From NCBI GenBank assembly GCA_048882505.1, contig JBHLRO010000034.1, positions 9,451 through 29,468 on the forward strand: 20,018 nt of DNA, read 5' to 3'. This document shows positions 9,435-17,594 of this stretch, in pieces. The notes below the pieces were generated by a model. It was not told the origin of the DNA. It saw only the letters and a program-made list of their open reading frames with translations, and searched no databases. The position numbers and the translations under genes are program-made. This stretch comes from Candidatus Thorarchaeota archaeon (GTDB lineage: Archaea > Asgardarchaeota > Heimdallarchaeia > Hodarchaeales > Hodarchaeaceae). The first letter of the stretch is position 1. The number at the start of each line of letters is the position of its first letter.

Positions 9435-9563
9435 CAGAAATCCCTTTCCTCACGCAAGGAATGAATTGTCTCGTGAGTATGACGGGAACCTCGAGTCATT
9501 GATATTTACTCTGGGCGAAAATTCGGAGGGATTGAAACCTCAGAATTCTCTAACAAGCGAGGT

Positions 9564-10673
9564 TTATATCTTTTTTATTTGTTTGGACACGTACCTGTGC
9601 CATTCAGCGTATTGAGATTCCGCTCGTGAGAAAATCCGGGCTATTTTGAGAAATAACCATCTGATCCCTCGTACAATTGGATTTGTGGTTTTGGGAGGAA
9701 AAAAGGGATCCATTTCGCTGCTGATGAATCCTAGCTTATTTGATACATGGTAGAATTCCTCACCCACATCCATAAACTTATCCATGAAGGGGGGAATATT
9801 AATCCACGATTCATACACCGAATCATCCCCTTGACACTCAATATCGGGTTTGTATTGCAGTTCTTCGACCGCCAGTTTGTATATCCGGCTTTGCATCGGA
9901 TTCAGACCCATTTTCTTAGCCCCTATTGTCTCCACCGCGATAATGTTCTCTCCGCCAATAATTGTCTTCGTGGGTACGGGAGTATCATCAGATTTAAGGC
10001 CCCATAGCCCATCCGCACTCCAATATGCATCAATTAATCCGTAATGGCACCAAAACTCTTTCAACATTTCTATGGTTGGCCAGTCGAATTCCTTTTTTTC
10101 GTGATATTCTTTGAACTTATTCTGTAAAGGCATGCAGCCGTAAAGGTTCTTTAAAGTCAAGGTGAAATAGCAACTGAAATGGGTTTTGTTTTTTGCAAAA
10201 GAAATTCGAAAATCAGCATCCCGCCAGGTCGGACCTATCCAGTGCCTCCCAAGACGTCCCTTAAACCTATAACGAACTTTCTCACGCGTTAGATCCACTA
10301 TCTTGTAATTACTACCGGAATACCCGAAGTAGGTCGCCACGGTCACAACATCACGGTTTCGAAACCAATTTCCAAAAACGTTTTGAGATTCAACCACAGT
10401 GATTTTTGAGAATCCATGTTTAATAATTTCATTGATAAGGTATTCCACTAGCTCAGGATCAGTAATAGTAGATGGATCTTTTCTTGAATAAGCCATCATT
10501 ATGTTAGGCTTAATAACGATTGAAAATTCTTCTCTTGCTTTGTTTGATCCTTTGAAATGCCGCTCTAGTATGTCAAAAAAGGCCGTTTTTTCCAAAACAT
10601 CTGCCAAGGCAGTAAATTTGTTATCATGCTTGCTAATAACGACCAAATCTTTTGGGTTTGCGCTTGATGCCAT
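9564..10673 (-). CDS. DUF362 domain protein
   Basis: IVIKPN, KNKTH...TLTLKNLYG and IAVETIGAKKMG match the pattern I recall for DUF362. Confidence 0.78.
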   Translation of the reverse strand: MASSANPKDLVVISKHDNKFTALADVLEKTAFFDILERHFKGSNKAREEFSIVIKPNIMMAYSRKDPSTITDPELVEYLINEIIKHGFSKITVVESQNVFGNWFRNRDVVTVATYFGYSGSNYKIVDLTREKVRYRFKGRLGRHWIGPTWRDADFRISFAKNKTHFSCYFTLTLKNLYGCMPLQNKFKEYHEKKEFDWPTIEMLKEFWCHYGLIDAYWSADGLWGLKSDDTPVPTKTIIGGENIIAVETIGAKKMGLNPMQSRIYKLAVEELQYKPDIECQGDDSVYESWINIPPFMDKFMDVGEEFYHVSNKLGFISSEMDPFFPPKTTNPIVRGIRWLFLKIARIFSRAESQYAEWHRYVSKQIKKI

Positions 10674-11143
10674 TTGAATCTCTCTTGGTAAATCTAATGC
10701 AGATTATTAAAATTTCTGTTACGAGTAAAGGAAAATTTAGGATGACAAGGATTTTAGATCCAGAGATATTTGTTCGCGATATCCTTGATAATGGGAAACC
10801 CACTTTTTAATAAATGATTAATCCCTTGTGTTTGGTTTTTCGTAAATAAGGTTAGTAAATAATCGAACTCCGATTTCACAATCATATTTTTGACTCAGAG
10901 ATAGAATCATCCATCCCCGATGGTTATTGAAGATAAGGGTGATTTTTAAGCCAAGGAAGGTTTCTATCCTTACCATTTGACGTTTCCAGATAGATATAGA
11001 GCAATCCTTCTCAAAGTATTAGAAGAGCTACCAATATTGGTGTTACAGGTTTTAAATCTAAAGAATGAATTTCGATGCCGTCCCGCTTCTCCCATTCGGG
11101 CTACGAGGTCGTGTTTCCACGACGTATAACATTAGGCCCCGCT

Positions 11144-11758
11144 ATGATAGAATTATATTTACAGATCACCAAGTTTATTGATCAGATAGTGGGGTTTCAG
11201 GATCCAAAAGTTTTTCTTGAACAATATTCACTGCCAAGTGATTTAATTGCGTTTATTCTTATATTGGCTGCAGAAGATTTGACTGGAAAAAACGTTGTAG
11301 AACTAGGATGTGGTACAGGCCGATTTACACTTCCTATTCAGAAATTTTTTGCAGCACGAACATTAGGAGTCGATGTGGATTGGGAGGGGGTATTGACACT
11401 TGCTCAGCAGCGCGAGCACCTGACACTGGATATCGAGTTACTCGTAACAGCAATAGAATTTCTTGAGCCTGAATTGTGGGGAAACTGGTTTCAAACAACG
11501 ATTATGAACCCTCCCTTCGGAACAAAACGGCGAAAAATTGATTTAGTGTTTTTAGAACAGGCCTTACAATACTCACAAACAATTATTTCTCTACACAAGG
11601 CGAATAGGCCAACTCGGAGGTTGATAGAGAAACTGAGTTCAGAATATGGAAAACGGGTGGAACGCCTAGCCACCGTGAATTTTATCTTAGCACCTCAATT
11701 CCAGTTTCATCGAAAAACTCAATATAGGGTGCTTGTCGATGTTTTACGAGTCTATTAA
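11144..11758 (+). CDS. METTL5: METTL5-family (COG2263-type) SAM-dependent RNA m6A methyltransferase
   Basis: GFQDPKVFLEQY, SAM motif VVELGCGTG and catalytic MNPPFG. Start moved from 11075 to ATG 11144 by comparison with typical family length. Confidence 0.85.
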   Translation: MIELYLQITKFIDQIVGFQDPKVFLEQYSLPSDLIAFILILAAEDLTGKNVVELGCGTGRFTLPIQKFFAARTLGVDVDWEGVLTLAQQREHLTLDIELLVTAIEFLEPELWGNWFQTTIMNPPFGTKRRKIDLVFLEQALQYSQTIISLHKANRPTRRLIEKLSSEYGKRVERLATVNFILAPQFQFHRKTQYRVLVDVLRVY

Positions 11759-11858
11759 TGCATTTTCTTCTTAGAAAATAGAGCTCCATGCTTAATCTAG
11801 GCAGGGATTAGTCCACATGACAATGACTTCTCTAAAACCCTAGCTACTTAAGGCCGTA

Positions 11859-12464
11859 TTGGCAAGTGGCGTCTTGGAACTGGAAATGAGTAGAAAGCAT
11901 CAGAATTTATCTAGTGAGAAACGGGTTCTTCCAGGTGACAAGATCGCTGTTATTGAGGAATTCCTACCTGATGAAACATGTTATGAACAAGACGGTAGTA
12001 TTTATTCATCGGTAATAGGACGTGTGGTCACAGATCCACAAAAACACAAAATTTCTGTAGCCCCTGACAAGCAATATCAAACCATCAAGCCGGGAGACGT
12101 CGGAATTGGACGCATCGAATTTGTTAAGAACAAAATGGCATCTGTGGAAATCTATCGCCTAGATGGGCGCGAGACCACCCCTCCGATAAAGGCTAGTCTG
12201 TACATTTGGGAAGTCTCTCGGAGTTTCGTAAAGAATATGTATGAAGTGGTTCGGCCGGGAGACTGGGTGCGCTGCCGTCTGATTAGAACCGATAGTGTTG
12301 TTGATGTAGGATTGGTAGGTGAGGGATTAGGGGTAATTCAAGCATTTTGCAATCATTGCGGATCTGAACTTGAATTTAAACGCCGAAATACCTTGAAATG
12401 TCCAAATTGTGAATTAATTCAACCCCGAATCACATCTAGACAATACGGACGACTTGTCAGATAG
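11859..12464 (+). CDS. csl4: Exosome complex RNA-binding protein Csl4
   Basis: N-terminal VLPGDKIAVIEEF, S1 domain (RPGDWVRCR) and C-terminal zinc ribbon (AFCNHCG...KCPNCELIQPR). True start may be ATG 11886. Confidence 0.93.
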   Translation: MASGVLELEMSRKHQNLSSEKRVLPGDKIAVIEEFLPDETCYEQDGSIYSSVIGRVVTDPQKHKISVAPDKQYQTIKPGDVGIGRIEFVKNKMASVEIYRLDGRETTPPIKASLYIWEVSRSFVKNMYEVVRPGDWVRCRLIRTDSVVDVGLVGEGLGVIQAFCNHCGSELEFKRRNTLKCPNCELIQPRITSRQYGRLVR

Positions 12465-12467
12465 ATA

Positions 12468-13310
12468 TTGGGGCCCTCAAGAATGCGGCCAGATGATAAG
12501 CGGATCTGGGAGTCTTATGATAAAAAGACGGACTCTTGGAGAAAACGAAGGAAACGCACAGAGGATAACCAAACATTAAATGCGGTACTCGATAAGAGTA
12601 CCTCTATCGAATTAGAACGTCTCCAAGCCAAGGAGTTTCTAGGCCCGATAACTGGAACCATAGCTTCTGGCAAAGAAGCAGGGGTTTTTTTGGCGGAGCT
12701 TGGTAAGGAGGGCAAGAAACACTGCAGATCGCTTTCCATTGAATCCCCAGTCGTAGTCAAGATCTATCGAACCCGTACTCTCAACTTTAAGCGAATTTCT
12801 GACTATATTACTGGAGACGTCCGTTTTCAACGGCATAGTAAAAAGAGTTGGAAAATTATAAAATTATGGGCGGAAAAAGAATTTCGAAATCTTCAGCGTA
12901 GCGATCAAGCAGGAGTGAGCGTTCCTCGGCCTATTTTAGTAAAACGAAACATTCTTATAATGGAGCTAATTGGAAAAGAAGGAAAACCTTCCCCCCTGTT
13001 AAAAAGAACTCCTGCTGCATTTACAGAAGACACATTGACCCAAATTCTCACACAAATGAAAAGTCTGTTCCTTAAAGCGAAACTAATTCATGCAGATCTT
13101 TCCCCATTTAACATTTTAATGAAGGAAACAAGGCCATATTTTATCGACATGGGTCAAAGCGTCCTTATCTCTCACCCAAAAGCAAGAGAATTTCTCGAGC
13201 GTGATTTAGAAAACGTTCTCTCCACATTTTCCCTTAAAGGGGTTGATGGTCCCTCTACTAATACCATACTTGAGGAATTGTTAAGTACCGTTAACGATGA
13301 GCTTGCTTAA
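12468..13310 (+). CDS. rio1: RIO1 family atypical Ser/Thr kinase/ATPase
   Basis: ASGKEAGVF, VVKIYR, YITGDVRF loop, KEFRNL, LIHADLSPFNIL and IDMGQSV. No N-terminal winged helix, so not Rio2. True start may be ATG 12483. Confidence 0.93.
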   Translation: MGPSRMRPDDKRIWESYDKKTDSWRKRRKRTEDNQTLNAVLDKSTSIELERLQAKEFLGPITGTIASGKEAGVFLAELGKEGKKHCRSLSIESPVVVKIYRTRTLNFKRISDYITGDVRFQRHSKKSWKIIKLWAEKEFRNLQRSDQAGVSVPRPILVKRNILIMELIGKEGKPSPLLKRTPAAFTEDTLTQILTQMKSLFLKAKLIHADLSPFNILMKETRPYFIDMGQSVLISHPKAREFLERDLENVLSTFSLKGVDGPSTNTILEELLSTVNDELA

Positions 13311-13327
13311 TAGGAGCAATATTTTAA

Positions 13328-13894
13328 ATGGTCATAGAATGTCACGTGAAGATACCACGGAGTCGGATTGGAGTGTTGATTGGGAGAAAAGGGGAGGTTA
13401 AGGAGGAATTGGAATCCATAACGAAGGTGGTAATCCAAGTCGATAGTGGCGAGGGATCGGTCCATATATTGGCAACAGAGAACACTCCAGACCCTATTTT
13501 GGTATGGACCGTTCGTGATATTGTACGCGCTATTGGAAGGGGATTTAGTCCTTCGGCCGCATTTAATCTTTTGGATGATGATATTTTTTTGGAAACAATT
13601 GATTTAGAAGGTTCAAAAAGCAATATAAAACGCTTAAAATCTCGAATTATTGGAGAAAAAGGAAAAGCAAAAAGAATGATTGAAACCAGCACCGAAACTG
13701 CTGTTTCAGTTTTTGGAAATCAGGTTTCTATTATCGGGGAGTTGACAGAAATTCAGCACGCCCGTGAGGCCATCCAACACCTTATTCAAGGATCGAAACA
13801 TAGCACGGTTTTTCGTTATTTGGAACAGCTACGGTTCCGATCTAAGTCCGAACCTTTAAGGATTTGGAAAGACAAACCTCGCAACTCCGATTGA
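13328..13894 (+). CDS. dim2: KH-domain SSU biogenesis factor Dim2/Pno1
   Basis: Two KH GxxG loops (IGVLIGRKGE, RIIGEKGK), RAIGRGFSP and GSKHSTVFRYL. Lies directly after rio1. Confidence 0.92.
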   Translation: MVIECHVKIPRSRIGVLIGRKGEVKEELESITKVVIQVDSGEGSVHILATENTPDPILVWTVRDIVRAIGRGFSPSAAFNLLDDDIFLETIDLEGSKSNIKRLKSRIIGEKGKAKRMIETSTETAVSVFGNQVSIIGELTEIQHAREAIQHLIQGSKHSTVFRYLEQLRFRSKSEPLRIWKDKPRNSD

Positions 13895-13906
13895 AAACCT
13901 TTTAAG
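13893..13906 (+). promoter_or_regulatory. Putative BRE/TATA of the tRNA gene
   Basis: GAAAAC-CTTTTAAG about 30 nt upstream of the tRNA 5' end. Confidence 0.55.
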
Positions 13907-13936
13907 AGTAACAGATTATTTTCGCTCATAATAATT

Positions 13937-14041
13937 GGGCCGATAGCTCAGCTTGGTAGAGCGCCTGGCTTGCAAGCAGATGATCGTGTGTCCTCTGTCC
14001 AAGAACCCCGGAGGTCGTGGGTTCGAGTCCCACTCGGTCCA
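13937..14041 (+). tRNA. trnA: tRNA-Ala(UGC) with a 31-nt intron at 37/38 (13975-14005)
   Basis: Acceptor stem GGGCCGA/TCGGTCC with G3-U70 and discriminator A. D arm GCTC/GAGC, T arm GTGGG-TTCGAGT-CCCAC, anticodon TGC at 13971-13973. Bulge-helix-bulge: CTTG (13969-72) pairs with CAAG (14000-03), with 3-nt bulges CAA and AAC. CCA is not encoded. Confidence 0.93.
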
Positions 14042-14061
14042 TTTGAGAGAGGAAATTACCC

Positions 14062-14280
14062 TTAAACTAAGGATCTTACTAAAGAAAAGAGGGAACCCAA
14101 TTTCCTGAGGAGTTCATCTGCATTAACTAGAAGCCAATCTAAAACCCCAGTGACAATTGAGAGGATCAAGAGAAACCCAAAGAGACTAAGACCGATAAGA
14201 ATTCCCTCTTCAACCAATGGGGAGGCTCGTTTCTTTCTAGTGAATCTAGTGGTTACCGCTGTTAATAGACGCTTGCTCAT
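14062..14280 (-). CDS. Small type IV pilin-like (class III signal peptide) membrane protein
   Basis: Basic leader ending KKRA, then SPLVEEG followed by an ~20-residue hydrophobic helix. Start is ATG 14280 or 14298. Confidence 0.6.
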   Translation of the reverse strand: MSKRLLTAVTTRFTRKKRASPLVEEGILIGLSLFGFLLILSIVTGVLDWLLVNADELLRKLGSLFSLVRSLV

Positions 14281-14411
14281 GAATTTGGCCGATCTCATTT
14301 ATACTCAGTATATATCAACTAGATCCTCTTTTAATAACCCCAAAATCCTCTGCCAAAATCCAATGAGGATGTCAGGAAATAGAATTTGGGTAGTTAAAAC
14401 CGATATGGAGG

Positions 14412-15023
14412 ATGAAAAGATTGGTGCATCTCGTGAAATTCCTGCCACGAAAAAGTAAGAAACCATTGAAACTTGTCATTCTCGGAGAGGGAGGAGTTGG
14501 AAAAACCACGCTTTCGAAGTCTTTTACCTCAAGCTCCTTTTCTCCGGATACTAAACAGACTATTGCAGTAGAATTCCATTCCAAACTCATGTACGATCGG
14601 AGAAACCGGCAACATAAACTTCAAATCTGGGATTTTGGGGGCCAAGAGCAGTTCAAGAACATGGGGGTATTCCGAGAATTTTGTGTCGGTGCAGATGCTG
14701 CAATTTTATGTTTCGATCTTACTGATCTATCGACGCTCTTTTCGCTTCCTGAATGGTTGGAATTCATTGATCCCAAGGTTCCGAGGTTTCTCATAGGAAC
14801 TAAACTTGATTTAGCTACTCCAGAAGAAAGAAACTTCGAACTTACGCCATTTCACCGTCAATTTCAATGTTTTACTTCTTTTAAGTGCTCAGCAAAGGAT
14901 GCACAGCTGGTGTTCGAAATATTTGGGGCCATCATTGATTTCATTGATTCATTCAAGAAAGGAACACTCGATCACACCACTAATCATCATGTTAATGTTT
15001 CGAAACAGCTAATAATGTCTTAA
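14412..15023 (+). CDS. Ras-superfamily small GTPase (Rab/Roc-like)
   Basis: G1 GEGGVGKT, G2 TIAVEF, G3 WDFGGQ, G4 TKLD and G5 SAK. No C-terminal Cys motif. True start may be TTG 14421, 9 nt after GGAGG. Confidence 0.92.
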   Translation: MKRLVHLVKFLPRKSKKPLKLVILGEGGVGKTTLSKSFTSSSFSPDTKQTIAVEFHSKLMYDRRNRQHKLQIWDFGGQEQFKNMGVFREFCVGADAAILCFDLTDLSTLFSLPEWLEFIDPKVPRFLIGTKLDLATPEERNFELTPFHRQFQCFTSFKCSAKDAQLVFEIFGAIIDFIDSFKKGTLDHTTNHHVNVSKQLIMS

Positions 15024-15032
15024 GGTTACAAG

Positions 15033-15791
15033 GTGACAATATTGCAAAAGTTATTGCGAAATAGGATTACTAGTACCCAAGAAAGGATCCCGAGCGGCGT
15101 TCCTGGTTTTGATAACCTGGTCCATGGCGGGTTCCGGAAATATTCAGTCAATGTTGTAATTGCGGATCCTGGATGTGGAAAATCCACGTTTTGTTGGCAA
15201 TTCTCTGCTGAAGATAGAAACACACCCGCGCTCTACGTTTCATTAGAGCAAAATCTTGATTCCGTGCTTCGAGATTGTCATGATATTGGATTGAAACGAT
15301 TTGAGGAGAAATACAACCAAGGGAGCCTTCAATTTCAGGTGGCTTTCAGCGAAGCTTCCGATCTGACGTCAGGAGAGATCGGTCTGCGTTTTTTTATGTC
15401 AGAACTTCCAAAATATCTTTCCATCATAAAAGAGACCGCAGAAAAACATTATGGTGGAATCCGTATTGCAATTGATCCCCTCACTCCGTTGCTTCTGGAA
15501 ATTCCTGATCCTAACCAACAACGGAATGTGATAAACCGAATATTCACATCTTTGAGAAAAATTGGCACTTCTGTTATTACAATAGAAAAGGGATTTGGTG
15601 AAACTCTTGCAAGAGTCCCGCTTTTTCTATCGGATTCGATAATCGAGCTAGATCGAATAGGATTGGGCGGCGTTTACAATCGTACATTGAATGTCCGCAA
15701 ATTTCGTGGTTCAGCGCATAGCGAAACACCCCAACCCATAGGTTTTGAAAAAAACAAAGGAATCGTGGTTTATGACATTACCAATGACTAA
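15033..15791 (+). CDS. Single-domain KaiC/RAD55-like RecA-fold ATPase
   Basis: IPSGVPGFDNLVHGG, Walker A ADPGCGKS, VSLEQ, Walker B IAIDP and RTLNVRKFRGS. Confidence 0.9.
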   Translation: MTILQKLLRNRITSTQERIPSGVPGFDNLVHGGFRKYSVNVVIADPGCGKSTFCWQFSAEDRNTPALYVSLEQNLDSVLRDCHDIGLKRFEEKYNQGSLQFQVAFSEASDLTSGEIGLRFFMSELPKYLSIIKETAEKHYGGIRIAIDPLTPLLLEIPDPNQQRNVINRIFTSLRKIGTSVITIEKGFGETLARVPLFLSDSIIELDRIGLGGVYNRTLNVRKFRGSAHSETPQPIGFEKNKGIVVYDITND

Positions 15792-16212
15792 ACCACAATC
15801 TATTACTCATCACTTATCAGATGTAGTAAGTGGTATAAACAAACAAATAGAATATTTGGCAAAATTCAGTGACGTCGATGCCGCATTGCTATTTCGTTTA
15901 GATGGTAAAGTCCTAAACGCCTTTTATAGTCACCAACGTTCTCAGAGATTGCTGATAATTATTGAATGGGTAAAAAAAATAATTTCGAAAACGATGGAAC
16001 AACTGCAAAATGGGTCACAATCAGTTAAATATGATAAAGATATCGGAGAGAAAGAGCCGACTCCTGTGTATTTCTATCGTGCGGGGAATTCAAGTATTTT
16101 GGTATCTATTCTTGATCCACGGGTAAATACGGGACTTATGGAGATTGAGATGAGCCGTATTGCACGATTATTGGGATGGATAATAGACGACAAAAATCTA
16201 ACTGGTGTATGA
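15784..16212 (+). CDS. Roadblock/LC7 (MglB/LAMTOR-like) domain protein
   Basis: VDAALLFRLDGKV and AGNSSILVSILDPRVNTGLMEIEMSRIARLL fit the roadblock pattern. ATG 15784 overlaps the KaiC-like stop (ATGACTAA). Confidence 0.72.
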   Translation: MTKPQSITHHLSDVVSGINKQIEYLAKFSDVDAALLFRLDGKVLNAFYSHQRSQRLLIIIEWVKKIISKTMEQLQNGSQSVKYDKDIGEKEPTPVYFYRAGNSSILVSILDPRVNTGLMEIEMSRIARLLGWIIDDKNLTGV

Positions 16213-17594
16213 CAATGATCCAAGCCGCTGTTGGATTATGTATTGATCACGATCTAGTACAGGCGACTACAGTCGCTCTAGAACAGGCTGAAGCTGACTT
16301 AAAAAACAGGCCCGACTTGATTCTTTACTTTACGGGATCACATCTTGGAGGAGCAAAAACTTATAACAAAGCATTAGCTATATTAAAGGAAGCGTATTCT
16401 GATGTTCCGATGGCTGGATGTTCAGGATTAGGAATTGGCAATCGACAGGATTATGGCCTGAAGGGCGTAGGTCTCATGATGCTTACGGGTATAACAGCCA
16501 AATCTTATCTACTTAAACGATTTCGGATCGGAACGAAGAGAAAAACGAAAAAAATCGTCAAAAATTGTATTCGAGACAAAAAAATCGCCCAAGATAGTAA
16601 TACAAACTCAACGTTTCTTTTTTTTCCTCCAGGCGTTGGATTTCCCAAATTCGTAGCTGATATGCTGAATCACAGAATAGAAGGGATTAATCCTTTTTTC
16701 ATACTCAATTTGCCCATCTGGCGCAAATTTCCTATTTTATCTAAGATCATTGGAAAACCCGTAGAATTTCTACTTGATATTGCGGGAATAGGTATTTCTT
16801 ACTCCTCAACATGGTCTTTGTTTACCCAGCTGTACAGAAATGGAATTCATTACACTGGTACTTTTGGAGCCGATCCTCTTAACTTGTACAAGGCCTTTCA
16901 ATTCTATAACTACCGTGCCTACAAGGACTCTTTGACCTATATTTCAATTCAATCTTCCGAACTGGCCTTTGAAAGCCGAAGTGATACGGGAGCAGAAATT
17001 CTGCCAGATAAAAGATTCGATATCGACAGTTTCATTAAAGGTGGGTTTATTCCACGGATTCAAGGAAAATGGGGAGCTCATGCTTTACTTGACCTTTTTG
17101 GGATGACTGACACCCCTGACATTCTGGAAAGGTGTACTCAGTCTGCCTTCTATTATCATCCTTATCGTCCAGTTTGTGTCATTGACAGCCAACAAAAACA
17201 GAATCTATACGCATTAGCGGTAAATCCGAACCTTAAGCACGCTCTTATCACGGCTCCTAATCAGGTTGTGGAGAAATTGAAAGCAGACGATCCAGACCAT
17301 TTTCAGGCTTTTATTGCTGATCAGAGCAGAAATACGATCGAAAACCTCCTAGAAAACGCTTTGGAAGAACTTATATCCCCTAATTCAGCATTTGGCCTCT
17401 TTTTTGATTGTGGCAATCGGGCAATGGTGATCGGAGATCGATTTGACAAATATATGAAAAAATACGCTGACAGTTTAGGGGAAATCCCGTATCTGGTAGT
17501 CATTTCAGGAGGAGAAGTCAACTCACAAGATTTTCCTATTGTAAATTTTACTACTGTTTCGAACATTGGAAAGAAACTCAATTCCGTTCGTTAA
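16209..17594 (+). CDS. Stand-alone FIST domain protein (FIST_N + FIST_C)
   Basis: PDLILYF, PMAGCSG, GVGLMML, GLFFDCGNR and VVISGGEV...NFT. ATG 16209 overlaps the upstream TGA (ATGA). Confidence 0.8.
   Translation: MTMIQAAVGLCIDHDLVQATTVALEQAEADLKNRPDLILYFTGSHLGGAKTYNKALAILKEAYSDVPMAGCSGLGIGNRQDYGLKGVGLMMLTGITAKSYLLKRFRIGTKRKTKKIVKNCIRDKKIAQDSNTNSTFLFFPPGVGFPKFVADMLNHRIEGINPFFILNLPIWRKFPILSKIIGKPVEFLLDIAGIGISYSSTWSLFTQLYRNGIHYTGTFGADPLNLYKAFQFYNYRAYKDSLTYISIQSSELAFESRSDTGAEILPDKRFDIDSFIKGGFIPRIQGKWGAHALLDLFGMTDTPDILERCTQSAFYYHPYRPVCVIDSQQKQNLYALAVNPNLKHALITAPNQVVEKLKADDPDHFQAFIADQSRNTIENLLENALEELISPNSAFGLFFDCGNRAMVIGDRFDKYMKKYADSLGEIPYLVVISGGEVNSQDFPIVNFTTVSNIGKKLNSVR

Noticed and set aside
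13975-14005. C/D-box guide RNA inside the tRNA intron (ATGATCG ... CTGT)
   Set aside because: Both boxes are mismatched and 31 nt is too short for a guide.
15033-15791. Circadian clock KaiC
   Set aside because: It is single-domain and there is no kaiB or kaiA in the window, so it fits the generic archaeal KaiC-like ATPases.
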